A DNA stretch of 64,000 nucleotides from a virus. The stretch lies in the IMG/VR virus record IMGVR_UViG_3300025131_000005. The stretch is one strand, 5' to 3'. Each line of letters opens with the position of its first letter. Within the stretch, counting starts at the first letter, position 1. A program made the translations under genes and the position numbers. The notes beneath the pieces were generated by a model that was given only the letters and a program-made list of their open reading frames with translations, made no database searches and was not told where the DNA came from. Shown here in pieces: positions 16,847 to 24,865 of the stretch.

Positions 16847-17917
16847 ATGGCTGTTGATTTCAAAACGTTTCGTTCCGTGGCATCCCACGTTATAGCTGTC
16901 AAGAAACCTGTCTTGCTGCGTGGTCGTCATGGAGTCGGTAAATCTGAGGTTGTATATCAGGTTGCTGAAGATCTTAAACTACCCGTTGTCGAACGTCGTG
17001 CGTCACAAATGACCGAGGGCGATCTCATTGGATTACCTAAGACTGACGGTGATATCACTTCTTTCTGTCCCCCTGATTGGTTTCATCATGCTTGTGAAAA
17101 AGCAGTGGTTCTCTTCTTTGATGAAGTTGATCGTGCTGTAACCGAAGTGCGTCAAGGTCTTTTCGAGTTGACTGATTCTCGCAAACTCTTTGGTAAACAC
17201 TTGCATCCGAAAACTGTCATCTTGGCTGCTGTTAATGGCGGCGAGCATGGTTCCCAATATCAGGTAGGGGAAATGGACCCGGCTGAATTGGACCGATGGA
17301 CTGTTTTTGATGTAGAGCCAAGCGTTGAAGATTGGTTGGATTGGGGCAAGAAAGAGATTGATTCTCTTATCTGGGACTTCATCAATCAGAATCGCTCTCA
17401 CTTGGAGCACTCTGAAGACTTTGAGCCAAACAAAGTTTATCCTTCACGTCGTTCTTGGAAGCGCTTGAATGATTGCTTGGTTGCTGCTAGTCTTCTGTCT
17501 GAGGAGCAAAAGCATAATGCTGACGTGTATCATCTTTCTAGTGCCTTTGTTGGCATGGAAGCCGCCGTTGCGTTCCACGATTTCGTTCAGAATTATGAAC
17601 GTCAAGTGACTGTTGAGATGATTCTTGATGAGGGACAAACCGAGAAGACTTCTGACTTTGGTATCAACGAGCATTGTGCGCTCATCGAGAAGATGGAAGC
17701 TACCGATACTTTTGTTGAACCTCTTGCAGAAGAACAGATTCAAAACTTGACGAATTACTTCGTAACGCTTCCTTCCGAGGCAGCAATGAAGCTTTGGACG
17801 GTTCTCGGTAAAGGCGATAATCAAAATGTAATCGCGTTGCACAAGGCAACTTCTGACGATGGTACTAAAGTTTCTGCTCGCATGGTTCAAATGCTAACCG
17901 GAAAGGAAAAGAAATAA
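16847..17917 (+). CDS. MoxR-like AAA+ ATPase
   Basis: Walker A GRHGVGKS, Walker B LFFDEVDRA, MDPAELDRW. Confidence 0.9.
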   Translation: MAVDFKTFRSVASHVIAVKKPVLLRGRHGVGKSEVVYQVAEDLKLPVVERRASQMTEGDLIGLPKTDGDITSFCPPDWFHHACEKAVVLFFDEVDRAVTEVRQGLFELTDSRKLFGKHLHPKTVILAAVNGGEHGSQYQVGEMDPAELDRWTVFDVEPSVEDWLDWGKKEIDSLIWDFINQNRSHLEHSEDFEPNKVYPSRRSWKRLNDCLVAASLLSEEQKHNADVYHLSSAFVGMEAAVAFHDFVQNYERQVTVEMILDEGQTEKTSDFGINEHCALIEKMEATDTFVEPLAEEQIQNLTNYFVTLPSEAAMKLWTVLGKGDNQNVIALHKATSDDGTKVSARMVQMLTGKEKK

Positions 17918-17923
17918 GAGTTA

Positions 17924-18030
17924 CGCAAAGGGTAAAAAGAGTTTATTTAATCAAACACCTTTCGCCTTCTAGGTGTCAAAACAAAAGCAGGATAGTAAGG
18001 CTGCTCTACGAGAAATCAGCCCCCTTTGCG
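17924..18030 (+). ncRNA. Candidate structured intergenic RNA or terminator-like element
   Basis: 9-bp closing stem CGCAAAGGG/CCCTTTGCG enclosing ACACCT/AGGTGT and AGCAG/CTGCT hairpins, followed by a T-rich tract. Confidence 0.35.
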
Positions 18031-18037
18031 CTTTTTC

Positions 18038-18066
18038 CTTTACTTAATCAAATCCGTTCCTATAGT
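18038..18066 (+). promoter_or_regulatory. Class-B promoter of the VWA gene
   Basis: TTTACT 18039-44, 16 bp spacer, TATAGT 18061-66. Confidence 0.7.
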
Positions 18067-18090
18067 TAGTATGTAACAGGGAGACAAACC

Positions 18091-19302
18091 GTGTTTAATT
18101 TGAATGACCATATATTTCGTTTGCTTCAACGCGAACCATTCTTCGCTGCCCTTTCCAGGCGCATCGAGAAGACAGAAAGCAAAGCCATTCCAACGGCTGG
18201 CGTTCGTGTGAACCCTGATACGGGTTATTATGAGATGATGTATAATGCAGACTTCTTTGAAAATCTGACTGATGAACAAAGGTCTGGTGTCTTGGTTCAT
18301 GAGTTTTATCATCTTGTTTTTGAACACGTAACTGGCCGTTTACCTGATGAACTAGAAGGCGCAATGGTTAAGCCTACGCGAAAGCAAATGGGTCTTTTTA
18401 AGCTTTGGAACATCGCAACTGATCTTTCAATCAATTGCCATATTGGCAAAAGTAAATTGCCTGAGAACTGTTGTTTTCCTGGTGTTGGTATGTTTGAAGA
18501 TTTCGCTGAATTTGAAACCGGGGAATTCTATTATGAAAAGCTCAAAGAGAAACTAGAAGAAGAAAAGCAAAAAGGCGAAGGTGGAGGCAAAGGCGAATTC
18601 GATCCTGATGCCGCTGGTCAGTTTGATGACCATGGCGAATGGGGTGATGAAGCTTGTGACGAGGCAACAAAGGAAATTGCCAAAGAACGCTTGAAAGAAG
18701 CCATGAAAGGTGCCGTGCAGGAAGCAGCCGGAAAGGGTTGGGGTTCTGTCTCAAGTAGTACCAAACGCGACATTATGGATAGGATATCCACTCGCGTTGA
18801 CTGGCGCAAAGTATTGCGATGGTTTGTTAAATGCTCACAACGTTCTAATAAGCGTTCAACGCCACGTCGATTGAATAAGCGTTATGCTTATATCCATCCG
18901 GGTAGGAAAACCGAACGGGTTGCGAACATTGCTGTTAGTATCGATCAGTCGGGCTCTGTTTCTGATGAAATGCTTGCACTCTTCTATGCTGAATTGAACA
19001 AGCTTGCTGATATTGCTAGCTTTACTGTTATTCCGTTCGATACGCAAGTCGCAGAAGACAAAGTGTATGCTTGGAAAAAGGGAGAGCACAAAAAGCGAGA
19101 GCGCGTTTTGCATGGAGGCACAGACTTTAATGCTCCCACCGAATATGTTAATAAAGGCAACTTTGATGGTCATATTGTACTGACTGATATGTGTGCCCCT
19201 AAACCTAAGCCTTCAAAATGTTCAAGAATGTGGATGACTGATAAAAGAAACGGAAGCAATCCATATTTTCAAACGAATGAAAGAATTGTTATTGTTGATT
19301 AA
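18091..19302 (+). CDS. DUF2201-like metallopeptidase plus VWA domain protein
   Basis: HEFYH motif, WNIATDLSIN, MIDAS DQSGS, GGTDF, VLTD. Confidence 0.88.
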   Translation: MFNLNDHIFRLLQREPFFAALSRRIEKTESKAIPTAGVRVNPDTGYYEMMYNADFFENLTDEQRSGVLVHEFYHLVFEHVTGRLPDELEGAMVKPTRKQMGLFKLWNIATDLSINCHIGKSKLPENCCFPGVGMFEDFAEFETGEFYYEKLKEKLEEEKQKGEGGGKGEFDPDAAGQFDDHGEWGDEACDEATKEIAKERLKEAMKGAVQEAAGKGWGSVSSSTKRDIMDRISTRVDWRKVLRWFVKCSQRSNKRSTPRRLNKRYAYIHPGRKTERVANIAVSIDQSGSVSDEMLALFYAELNKLADIASFTVIPFDTQVAEDKVYAWKKGEHKKRERVLHGGTDFNAPTEYVNKGNFDGHIVLTDMCAPKPKPSKCSRMWMTDKRNGSNPYFQTNERIVIVD

Positions 19303-19312
19303 GGAAAATGAA

Positions 19313-19492
19313 ATGAGAAACTTGATTAAACTTTTGTATTCTGTCACGGCAGGCTTGGAACAAGCTTTAGTGACGTTTGATACTATTACGAGGGCTGAAC
19401 ATATTCAAGCTACCTTGCCAGTACCTAAACAAATGAAGCAACGTCAAATAGGCTTTGCTATTCATAGAGAGGAAACACAAAGTGAAACTTAA
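19313..19492 (+). CDS. Hypothetical protein
   Basis: SD AAGGA; ends KQRQIGF-like. Confidence 0.5.
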   Translation: MRNLIKLLYSVTAGLEQALVTFDTITRAEHIQATLPVPKQMKQRQIGFAIHREETQSET

Positions 19493-19721
19493 AGCTACTC
19501 TAGGCGATTTGTTGTATGTAGAGCATAACAACACTTTCGGATTGATTTACAAACTAACTCCAAAGAAGGTCTACTATTATGCTTTGGGGGAAAATGGAAT
19601 AGGAGGACCTTATAAAATAGGAAAAGAGTTTCTTTATGAGAAGATCGATGATGGTTCATGTGAACACATCTTAGGAAAAACAAAACACAGAAGAAGGAGA
19701 AATGAAAATGATCACGCTTGA
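19482..19721 (+). CDS. KOW/SH3-like protein
   Basis: MKLKATLGDLLYV...GLIY. Confidence 0.6.
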   Translation: MKLKATLGDLLYVEHNNTFGLIYKLTPKKVYYYALGENGIGGPYKIGKEFLYEKIDDGSCEHILGKTKHRRRRNENDHA

Positions 19722-19859
19722 AGAATTGATTAAGCACCGAGATTGTCTTGATGGCATTGCGCGAGGAGATCGAACCACTGTAGAAGAAGCAGAATCGGTT
19801 CAGGTAGCCTTAAGCATGCTAAGTGCTTTGATCACTCAGCTAGAAAATCAATCCGTCGC

Positions 19860-19888
19860 CTTGACTTTCTGATATCGGTTCCTATAGT
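19860..19888 (+). promoter_or_regulatory. Class-B promoter of array 2
   Basis: TTGACT 19861-66, 16 bp spacer, TATAGT 19883-88. Confidence 0.7.
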
Positions 19889-19908
19889 TGAAGTGTAGGA
19901 GGGAAGCA

Positions 19909-20091
19909 ATGCAACCTGGAAACTTAGTCAGAACAACGCGAGCAAGGATAGGCGTACCATTGGGCACGCTAGCCTTGATTGTTGCTTTTTATCCAACGAT
20001 ACCTTCACGAACCATCGAGATCTGGGAAGTTCAGTTTCTAAACGGACGTCATCGCAGATTTTTGGAACAGGACTTAGAGGTTATTGAATGA
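19909..20091 (+). CDS. KOW/SH3-like mini-protein
   Basis: MQPGNLVRT...DLEVIE. Confidence 0.75.
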   Translation: MQPGNLVRTTRARIGVPLGTLALIVAFYPTIPSRTIEIWEVQFLNGRHRRFLEQDLEVIE

Positions 20092-20279
20092 AACTCGGTG
20101 AGTTGGTTAAGATAACACGGTCTCACCCATCTTCAACGGTTGACGTTCAGGCTGGCGCTCTGGGATTGATTATCAGACATGACCCAGTGGGATATCACAA
20201 CGTTGATATCTGGGAAGTTCAGCTAATGAGTGGACAAAGCTTTAGATATTTGGAAAGGGATTTAGAGGTTATCGAATGA
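20088..20279 (+). CDS. KOW/SH3-like mini-protein
   Basis: MKLGELVKI...DLEVIE. Confidence 0.75.
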   Translation: MKLGELVKITRSHPSSTVDVQAGALGLIIRHDPVGYHNVDIWEVQLMSGQSFRYLERDLEVIE

Positions 20280-20452
20280 ATCCTGGTGATTTAGTTAATA
20301 TCCGTTACGGTTGTAAACCCGTGATCACAAAAGTGGGAATAATTATTGAGGAGAACAATGGTCAACCATGGCATCATTGGCACGTTTTATTGGAAGGTCA
20401 ATCTTTTCTTTTGCCAGTGAGCTTTCTTGAGGTTATCAGTGAAAGTCGGTGA
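20276..20452 (+). CDS. KOW/SH3-like mini-protein (58 aa)
   Basis: MNPGDLVNI...EVISESR. Confidence 0.75.
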   Translation: MNPGDLVNIRYGCKPVITKVGIIIEENNGQPWHHWHVLLEGQSFLLPVSFLEVISESR

Positions 20453-20636
20453 CCTCGTAAGAATGACAATGGGTGAAATGCTCTCATGGGAGAGACAAGA
20501 GAAATGGGGTCAAGGCATTGTTACGCAGCTAAATATTTTCTCTAGTAACCAAGACTTGGTTGAAATATATTGGTTCAATTGGGGCCTTCGCAACCATATC
20601 AAAGAAGTGATAGAGGTGATAAGTGAAAGTCGGTGA
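20439..20636 (+). CDS. KOW/SH3-like mini-protein
   Basis: MKVGDLVRM...EVISESR. Confidence 0.75.
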   Translation: MKVGDLVRMTMGEMLSWERQEKWGQGIVTQLNIFSSNQDLVEIYWFNWGLRNHIKEVIEVISESR

Positions 20637-20808
20637 TTTAGTTGAAATGAGAACCCAAAATCAGCGTGACGTTTGGGGTTACTCCGCTTTGTGGTTGGTT
20701 TTAGCTGTCCATGACGAAGATTGCCAAGTTTTAGTCATAGATAATAAAACAGAGCACAAAATGTGGGCGTTGAATGGATATTTTGAGGTTGTAAGTGAAA
20801 GTCGGTGA
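20623..20808 (+). CDS. KOW/SH3-like mini-protein
   Basis: MKVGDLVEM...EVVSESR. Confidence 0.75.
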   Translation: MKVGDLVEMRTQNQRDVWGYSALWLVLAVHDEDCQVLVIDNKTEHKMWALNGYFEVVSESR

Positions 20809-20965
20809 TTTAGTTACATATAGTTCTAGTGGGATATCCAATAATTTTGTTGGCTTAGTCACTGAACGCGGCGCATGGACTGGAAATTGTGACGTTAAAA
20901 TTTTATGGAACACAGAAGAAGAATCTGTGACGCAGAAAAGTTGTTATCTGAAGGTAATCAAATGA
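20795..20965 (+). CDS. KOW/SH3-like mini-protein (56 aa)
   Basis: MKVGDLVTY...LKVIK. Confidence 0.75.
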   Translation: MKVGDLVTYSSSGISNNFVGLVTERGAWTGNCDVKILWNTEEESVTQKSCYLKVIK

Positions 20966-21147
20966 AAGTCGGTGACTTGGTAAAACACAAATTGATTGAT
21001 TCTTTGGGCATCGGTTTTGTGATTAGTTTACAAGGTGCTCACACTATGGTGTGCTGGTCACACAGTCACTCAGGTTCGGGACACATAGGCGAGCAACCAA
21101 CGTTGGAAGTAGTCAACAAGTTGGAGGTGATCAGTGAAAGTCGGTGA
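20962..21147 (+). CDS. KOW/SH3-like mini-protein
   Basis: MKVGDLVKH...EVISESR. Confidence 0.75.
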   Translation: MKVGDLVKHKLIDSLGIGFVISLQGAHTMVCWSHSHSGSGHIGEQPTLEVVNKLEVISESR

Positions 21148-21358
21148 CGTTGTAAAATTGAAAGGCAAAACTTCCCACGGCAAAAATAGAGTGAGGGAGC
21201 AGGGAGAACTTTGGAAGGTAATAAATTTTTCATCTGCTTTGCCTCATGGACCTTTTCCCAAAGGAACCCCAACTGTTAAACTAATTACTTTAGACGGGAA
21301 ACACTGGCGTATAATTTCGCATCCCAATGATGAAAATTTTGAGGTGGCAAATGAATAA
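21134..21358 (+). CDS. KOW/SH3-like mini-protein
   Basis: MKVGDVVKL...EVANE. Confidence 0.75.
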   Translation: MKVGDVVKLKGKTSHGKNRVREQGELWKVINFSSALPHGPFPKGTPTVKLITLDGKHWRIISHPNDENFEVANE

Positions 21359-21518
21359 AAGACCGAAGGTAGGAGACTTAATCATGTGCCACAATGAGCC
21401 CGCTTTAGTTACTGATTCATCTTCTGTTTATTCAGGTTACGTTGAAGTGATGATGTCTAATGGTTATAAAAAACTAATCAATGGAATGAATTCGGAAATA
21501 ATAAGTGAAGGTGGGTGA
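21351..21518 (+). CDS. KOW/SH3-like mini-protein
   Basis: PKVGDLIMC...EIISEGG. Confidence 0.7.
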   Translation: MNKRPKVGDLIMCHNEPALVTDSSSVYSGYVEVMMSNGYKKLINGMNSEIISEGG

Positions 21519-21660
21519 CCTCACTATCTACAAAGGGCAAATAGTTGTCATTGTCGATACTGAAGGTTGCGATATTGATAGGGTTAAGATAGTGCTTCCC
21601 AACGGGAAAATAAAAGAGGTTGATAAAACCGGGCTGGTAACATTGAGTGAAAACAGGTGA
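21505..21660 (+). CDS. KOW/SH3-like mini-protein (51 aa)
   Basis: MKVGDLTIY...LSENR. Confidence 0.7.
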   Translation: MKVGDLTIYKGQIVVIVDTEGCDIDRVKIVLPNGKIKEVDKTGLVTLSENR

Positions 21661-21802
21661 TTTAATAAAATGGTATGGTAAGTTAGGGTTCGTTGTAGAG
21701 CCTGCCGAACACTTTCCTGAATTTATTATTGTCTTGATGCTTGATGGTTCACGCAAACAAATCGATAGGGATTGCTTAGAGATTGTAAATGAAAGTCGGT
21801 GA
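21647..21802 (+). CDS. KOW/SH3-like mini-protein (51 aa)
   Basis: MKTGDLIKW...EIVNESR. Confidence 0.7.
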   Translation: MKTGDLIKWYGKLGFVVEPAEHFPEFIIVLMLDGSRKQIDRDCLEIVNESR

Positions 21803-21977
21803 TTTAGTTGAAGTTAATTTTAATACTGGTGAAGCCCCGTTGCTAGCCATTATTATAGGAAAGCACAAAACAAGGACACGATGGATGGACGTGCGATTTA
21901 TTGATGACCCTCACAATGGCTTTTGGGACTACCATAGTTATCCGTGGAGAAATTTACGTTTAATCTCAGAGAGTTAG
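21789..21977 (+). CDS. KOW/SH3-like mini-protein
   Basis: MKVGDLVEV...LISES. Confidence 0.75.
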   Translation: MKVGDLVEVNFNTGEAPLLAIIIGKHKTRTRWMDVRFIDDPHNGFWDYHSYPWRNLRLISES

Positions 21978-21996
21978 AAGAATAATTATTTTTTTT

Positions 21997-22025
21997 CTTT
22001 ACTCTGCTTGTCGCGTTCCTATAGT
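21997..22025 (+). promoter_or_regulatory. Class-B promoter
   Basis: TTTACT 21998-22003, 16 bp spacer, TATAGT 22020-25. Confidence 0.7.
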
Positions 22026-22061
22026 TCTACTGTAAGAGGGACACACCCAAGGAGTTGAAAG

Positions 22062-22364
22062 ATGTCATTAGGAAAACAAAAAGCCACGTTAGGAAATGCC
22101 GGCTCACGACGAGTTGAGAGAACCCGTCGAAGCTTTGGCCAACAATTACATACGCGCCCGATGCCGGCAAGGATTCATCTCCGCGCCCACATGGCAAACG
22201 GTAATATTCTAGGCATTGCTCAAATCAATGATCGTTTTATGGTTGCCATCTTCAATCAACACGAGCAACCTTTAAGCGAGCCCACCATCTTCAGCGGAGG
22301 CAATGGACGAACCAATGCCGCCACTTTTGCAAGCGATCTTCTTGGTCGCAGAGTTTCTCTCTAA
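22062..22364 (+). CDS. Basic hypothetical protein
   Basis: SD AAGGAG. Confidence 0.7.
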   Translation: MSLGKQKATLGNAGSRRVERTRRSFGQQLHTRPMPARIHLRAHMANGNILGIAQINDRFMVAIFNQHEQPLSEPTIFSGGNGRTNAATFASDLLGRRVSL

Positions 22365-22389
22365 CTATTAAATTATAAGGACAAGCACA

Positions 22390-22545
22390 ATGACCCGTGA
22401 GCATTTTGAACTAATCGCCAAAGTCGTCAGCACCATTGACAACGAAGACACGCGCAAAGAAACCGCGTTGAACTTTGCAAATGAGCTTCAGCATCTCAAC
22501 CCTCGCTTCCGCATTGACTTCTTCTTGAAAGCGTGCAATCCCTAA
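22390..22545 (+). CDS. 51-aa conserved early phage protein (MTRxHF...NPRF...F..AC)
   Basis: SD AAGGA; recognisable small phage family motif. Confidence 0.65.
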   Translation: MTREHFELIAKVVSTIDNEDTRKETALNFANELQHLNPRFRIDFFLKACNP

Positions 22546-22705
22546 CCCGATTCGCGGATTTTTATTCGCGCCAAATTTTCCCCTAACCCCAAGGATATCT
22601 AAATGTATGAATTCATTATAGTTTGTTGCCTGATTTATATTTGCATCAAATTATCTAATAAATACTAAATGATTCCGAGGGCTTAGAATTATTTTCATTT
22701 TCCCC

Positions 22706-22734
22706 CTTTACTTTCCCTTAACCGTTCTTATTAT
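22706..22734 (+). promoter_or_regulatory. Class-B promoter
   Basis: TTTACT 22707-12, 16 bp spacer, TATTAT 22729-34. Confidence 0.65.
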
Positions 22735-22760
22735 TCTATTGTAGGAAGGAGAAACCTAAC

Positions 22761-22985
22761 ATGAGAAACCTAAACACAGTGATGACACACGCGCAAGCGG
22801 TTGACTACTTTGAAAATGAAATTATGCCGGAGCTTCGCGCAATCGAAGCACAGCAAGGCGGAAACCCTGATTGGCCTCTTCGTTGCGAGACTTGGAACAA
22901 TTGGACGGACTCACTTTGCAAAGATGGTGAAATTTCCGATTGGCAATATGAGAATTGGTCTCAGCCCCCAAGCTGCGACGACTAG
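22761..22985 (+). CDS. Conserved small phage protein (WNNWTDSLCKDGEI)
   Basis: SD AAGGAG. Confidence 0.7.
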   Translation: MRNLNTVMTHAQAVDYFENEIMPELRAIEAQQGGNPDWPLRCETWNNWTDSLCKDGEISDWQYENWSQPPSCDD

Positions 22986-23098
22986 CAGAAAGGGTTGATT
23001 GATGATTTACCTATTAGCCTTTAGCATTGGAATCGCAGCCGGATTCACTTACGGAATGATTAGCATCAAGCTAGTTTAAAAGGACGAGGCAACAACGA

Positions 23099-23329
23099 AT
23101 GAATAAGCCAACCGAAGAAGACAAAGCTAACCAAGCAATCGGCAACCTATTTAAGCTAGCCTTTGATTTATCAGATAAGGCGCGTTACTGTTTGCATCCA
23201 TCCAGCGATGACTTGAGCCCTTACCTTCCAACTAGCGAGGAAATAGCAAACTACAATCAATTGCTTTTCGATGCTAAACTCTCTTACGTTGAACTTGAGC
23301 GAGCTTTGCTCAATCAGTGTAAGAATTAA
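23099..23329 (+). CDS. Hypothetical protein
   Basis: SD GAGG. Confidence 0.6.
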   Translation: MNKPTEEDKANQAIGNLFKLAFDLSDKARYCLHPSSDDLSPYLPTSEEIANYNQLLFDAKLSYVELERALLNQCKN

Positions 23330-23330
23330 C

Positions 23331-23401
23331 GTTGCAAGCTTGGTGGGTGTTGCTCCTTTGTGTCTTTAAGAGTAAAACATCACACCCACCAAGCTTGCAA
23401 C
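23331..23401. repeat. Perfect 20-bp inverted repeat with a 31-nt loop
   Basis: GTTGCAAGCTTGGTGGGTGT (23331-50) and ACACCCACCAAGCTTGCAAC (23382-401). Confidence 0.95.
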
Positions 23402-23482
23402 CCTTTAATATCATTGAGGAAACTATTTCAAACTATTTTCACTTATTTAATGATATCAACGAGTTACAATGTAAAATAGTTC

Positions 23483-23511
23483 TTGCAAAGAGTCTCATCA
23501 TATGCTAGAAT
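23483..23511 (+). promoter_or_regulatory. Sigma70-type promoter of the sigma-factor gene
   Basis: TTGCAA, 17 bp spacer, TAGAAT, with TGn extension. Confidence 0.55.
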
Positions 23512-23560
23512 CTATGTATAAACAAAAACGGTTGAGGAACCACTTACAAAGGAAAACCAC

Positions 23561-24355
23561 TTGAGCGCTTTAACGAACTTACTTGCAACAACTTTAATCC
23601 TTCCCCAAGATGACCAGACATTGCACGCTTTGTCTTTCCAAGATAACCAAGACCGGGAACACCTTGATGCACTCGTCAAGTCCAATTTGCCCATGGCTGT
23701 CAAGGTTGCCATGAAGAACAAGCGCAACGGACTTGACCTTGAAGACCTAACCAGCGAAGCAGTCACGGGAATTCTCAGGGCAGCGGAAAGCTTTGATCCT
23801 GATTGCGGTGCTTCCTTCACGCATTATGCAAAGCAATGGATGCGGGCGAAGGTCCAAGATTATGTTCAAGCCAATTGTGGAACCATTCGCGTTGGCAGTC
23901 GTTCAGCGAAAAAGCTTTTCAGTGGCTTGAATCGTGTCCGTCGTCAATTCGGTTCCGACGTAAGCAATGAAGTTATAGCGCAAGAACTTGGAATTGATGT
24001 TGAAGATGTCAACGAGATTTTGCCCCTTATCACTGCCCGTGCAGCTTCTTTGAATGCTCCCATCGGTGACGGTTCCGAGTTGCATGAAGTAATCCCAAGC
24101 AAGCGAATTAATCAAGCCGAGGCAATGGAAAGAACAGAAACTTCCGAGGCAATTGCACAAGCATTAAAAGAGTTTTCGGATAACCTAAAACCTAATCATG
24201 CAGCAATCTTTAATAACCGAATTCTTGCAGACTATCACGGTGAAGAGAAAGCACATGCCGAGTCTTTTGGTGTAACGAAGCAACGTGTGCAGCAGATTGA
24301 AAAAGACTTGAATACAAAGTTGCAAAATCACTTTATTGCTTGCGGCCTTCGCTAA
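23561..24355 (+). CDS. Sigma70-family RNA polymerase sigma factor, RpoH/sigma32-like
   Basis: Region 2 LVKSNL...EDLTSEAVTGILRAAESFDPDCGASFTHYAKQWMRA; region 3 IAQELGI; region 4 FGVTKQRVQQIE. Confidence 0.9.
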   Translation: MSALTNLLATTLILPQDDQTLHALSFQDNQDREHLDALVKSNLPMAVKVAMKNKRNGLDLEDLTSEAVTGILRAAESFDPDCGASFTHYAKQWMRAKVQDYVQANCGTIRVGSRSAKKLFSGLNRVRRQFGSDVSNEVIAQELGIDVEDVNEILPLITARAASLNAPIGDGSELHEVIPSKRINQAEAMERTETSEAIAQALKEFSDNLKPNHAAIFNNRILADYHGEEKAHAESFGVTKQRVQQIEKDLNTKLQNHFIACGLR

Positions 24356-24383
24356 ACGTTCGAGGCTTTAACTAACTATTTAT

Positions 24384-24530
24384 GTGAAATACACAGTTAA
24401 ATATATATCAGTAATTAACGAAGTTATTCAACTAAGTTTTATGTTTGAAGATATAGCATGCCAGTTCCAGCAAAAGCTTTTAGCTATGGGATGCGTTGCC
24501 TGGATTGAGATAGAAGAAGATGAAATATAA
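24384..24530 (+). CDS. 48-aa protein, paralog 1 of a CVAW triplet
   Basis: MKYTVKY...GCVAWIE. Confidence 0.55.
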   Translation: MKYTVKYISVINEVIQLSFMFEDIACQFQQKLLAMGCVAWIEIEEDEI

Positions 24531-24717
24531 AATGTTTTATAGGGTGCGTGGTTTGGATAATTTGCAACTTAAGGTTGATGAATTATACCGTTCAGAATAT
24601 ATGGCAAAAACAGTTATGCAAGCCTATTTAAAACGTTCTTGCGTTGCATGGGTTGAAGAGGAAATTAGAGTTTATGAAGCCGGATATGGATGGAAAAAGA
24701 CCGAAGCTTCTATATAA
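24520..24717 (+). CDS. Paralog 2 of the CVAW triplet
   Basis: MKYKMFY...SCVAWVE. Confidence 0.65.
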   Translation: MKYKMFYRVRGLDNLQLKVDELYRSEYMAKTVMQAYLKRSCVAWVEEEIRVYEAGYGWKKTEASI

Positions 24718-24865
24718 ACTTTTCTATATCAATCCACAGGGTGATTTGATTACCCCAATGTGCGAAAACAGAAACGTTGCTTATGCTTTTATGAACTTAA
24801 AACTTTCTCAAGGTTGCGCTTGTTGGATTAAAGAATGCCGTTGGGTGGAAGGTACAGAAGATTAG
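24674..24865 (+). CDS. Paralog 3 of the CVAW triplet
   Basis: LYKLFY...GCACWIK; exact start uncertain. Confidence 0.6.
   Translation: MKPDMDGKRPKLLYKLFYINPQGDLITPMCENRNVAYAFMNLKLSQGCACWIKECRWVEGTED

Larger units (their letters stand above)
19909..21977 (+). repeat. Array 2 of twelve coupled KOW/SH3-like mini-genes
   Basis: Starts at 19909, 20088, 20276, 20439, 20623, 20795, 20962, 21134, 21351, 21505, 21647 and 21789, joined by 14-nt, 8-nt or ATGA overlaps. Confidence 0.9.

Noticed and set aside
17940-18020. Self-cleaving ribozyme
   Set aside because: No hammerhead CUGANGA/GAAA core or other ribozyme consensus recognisable.
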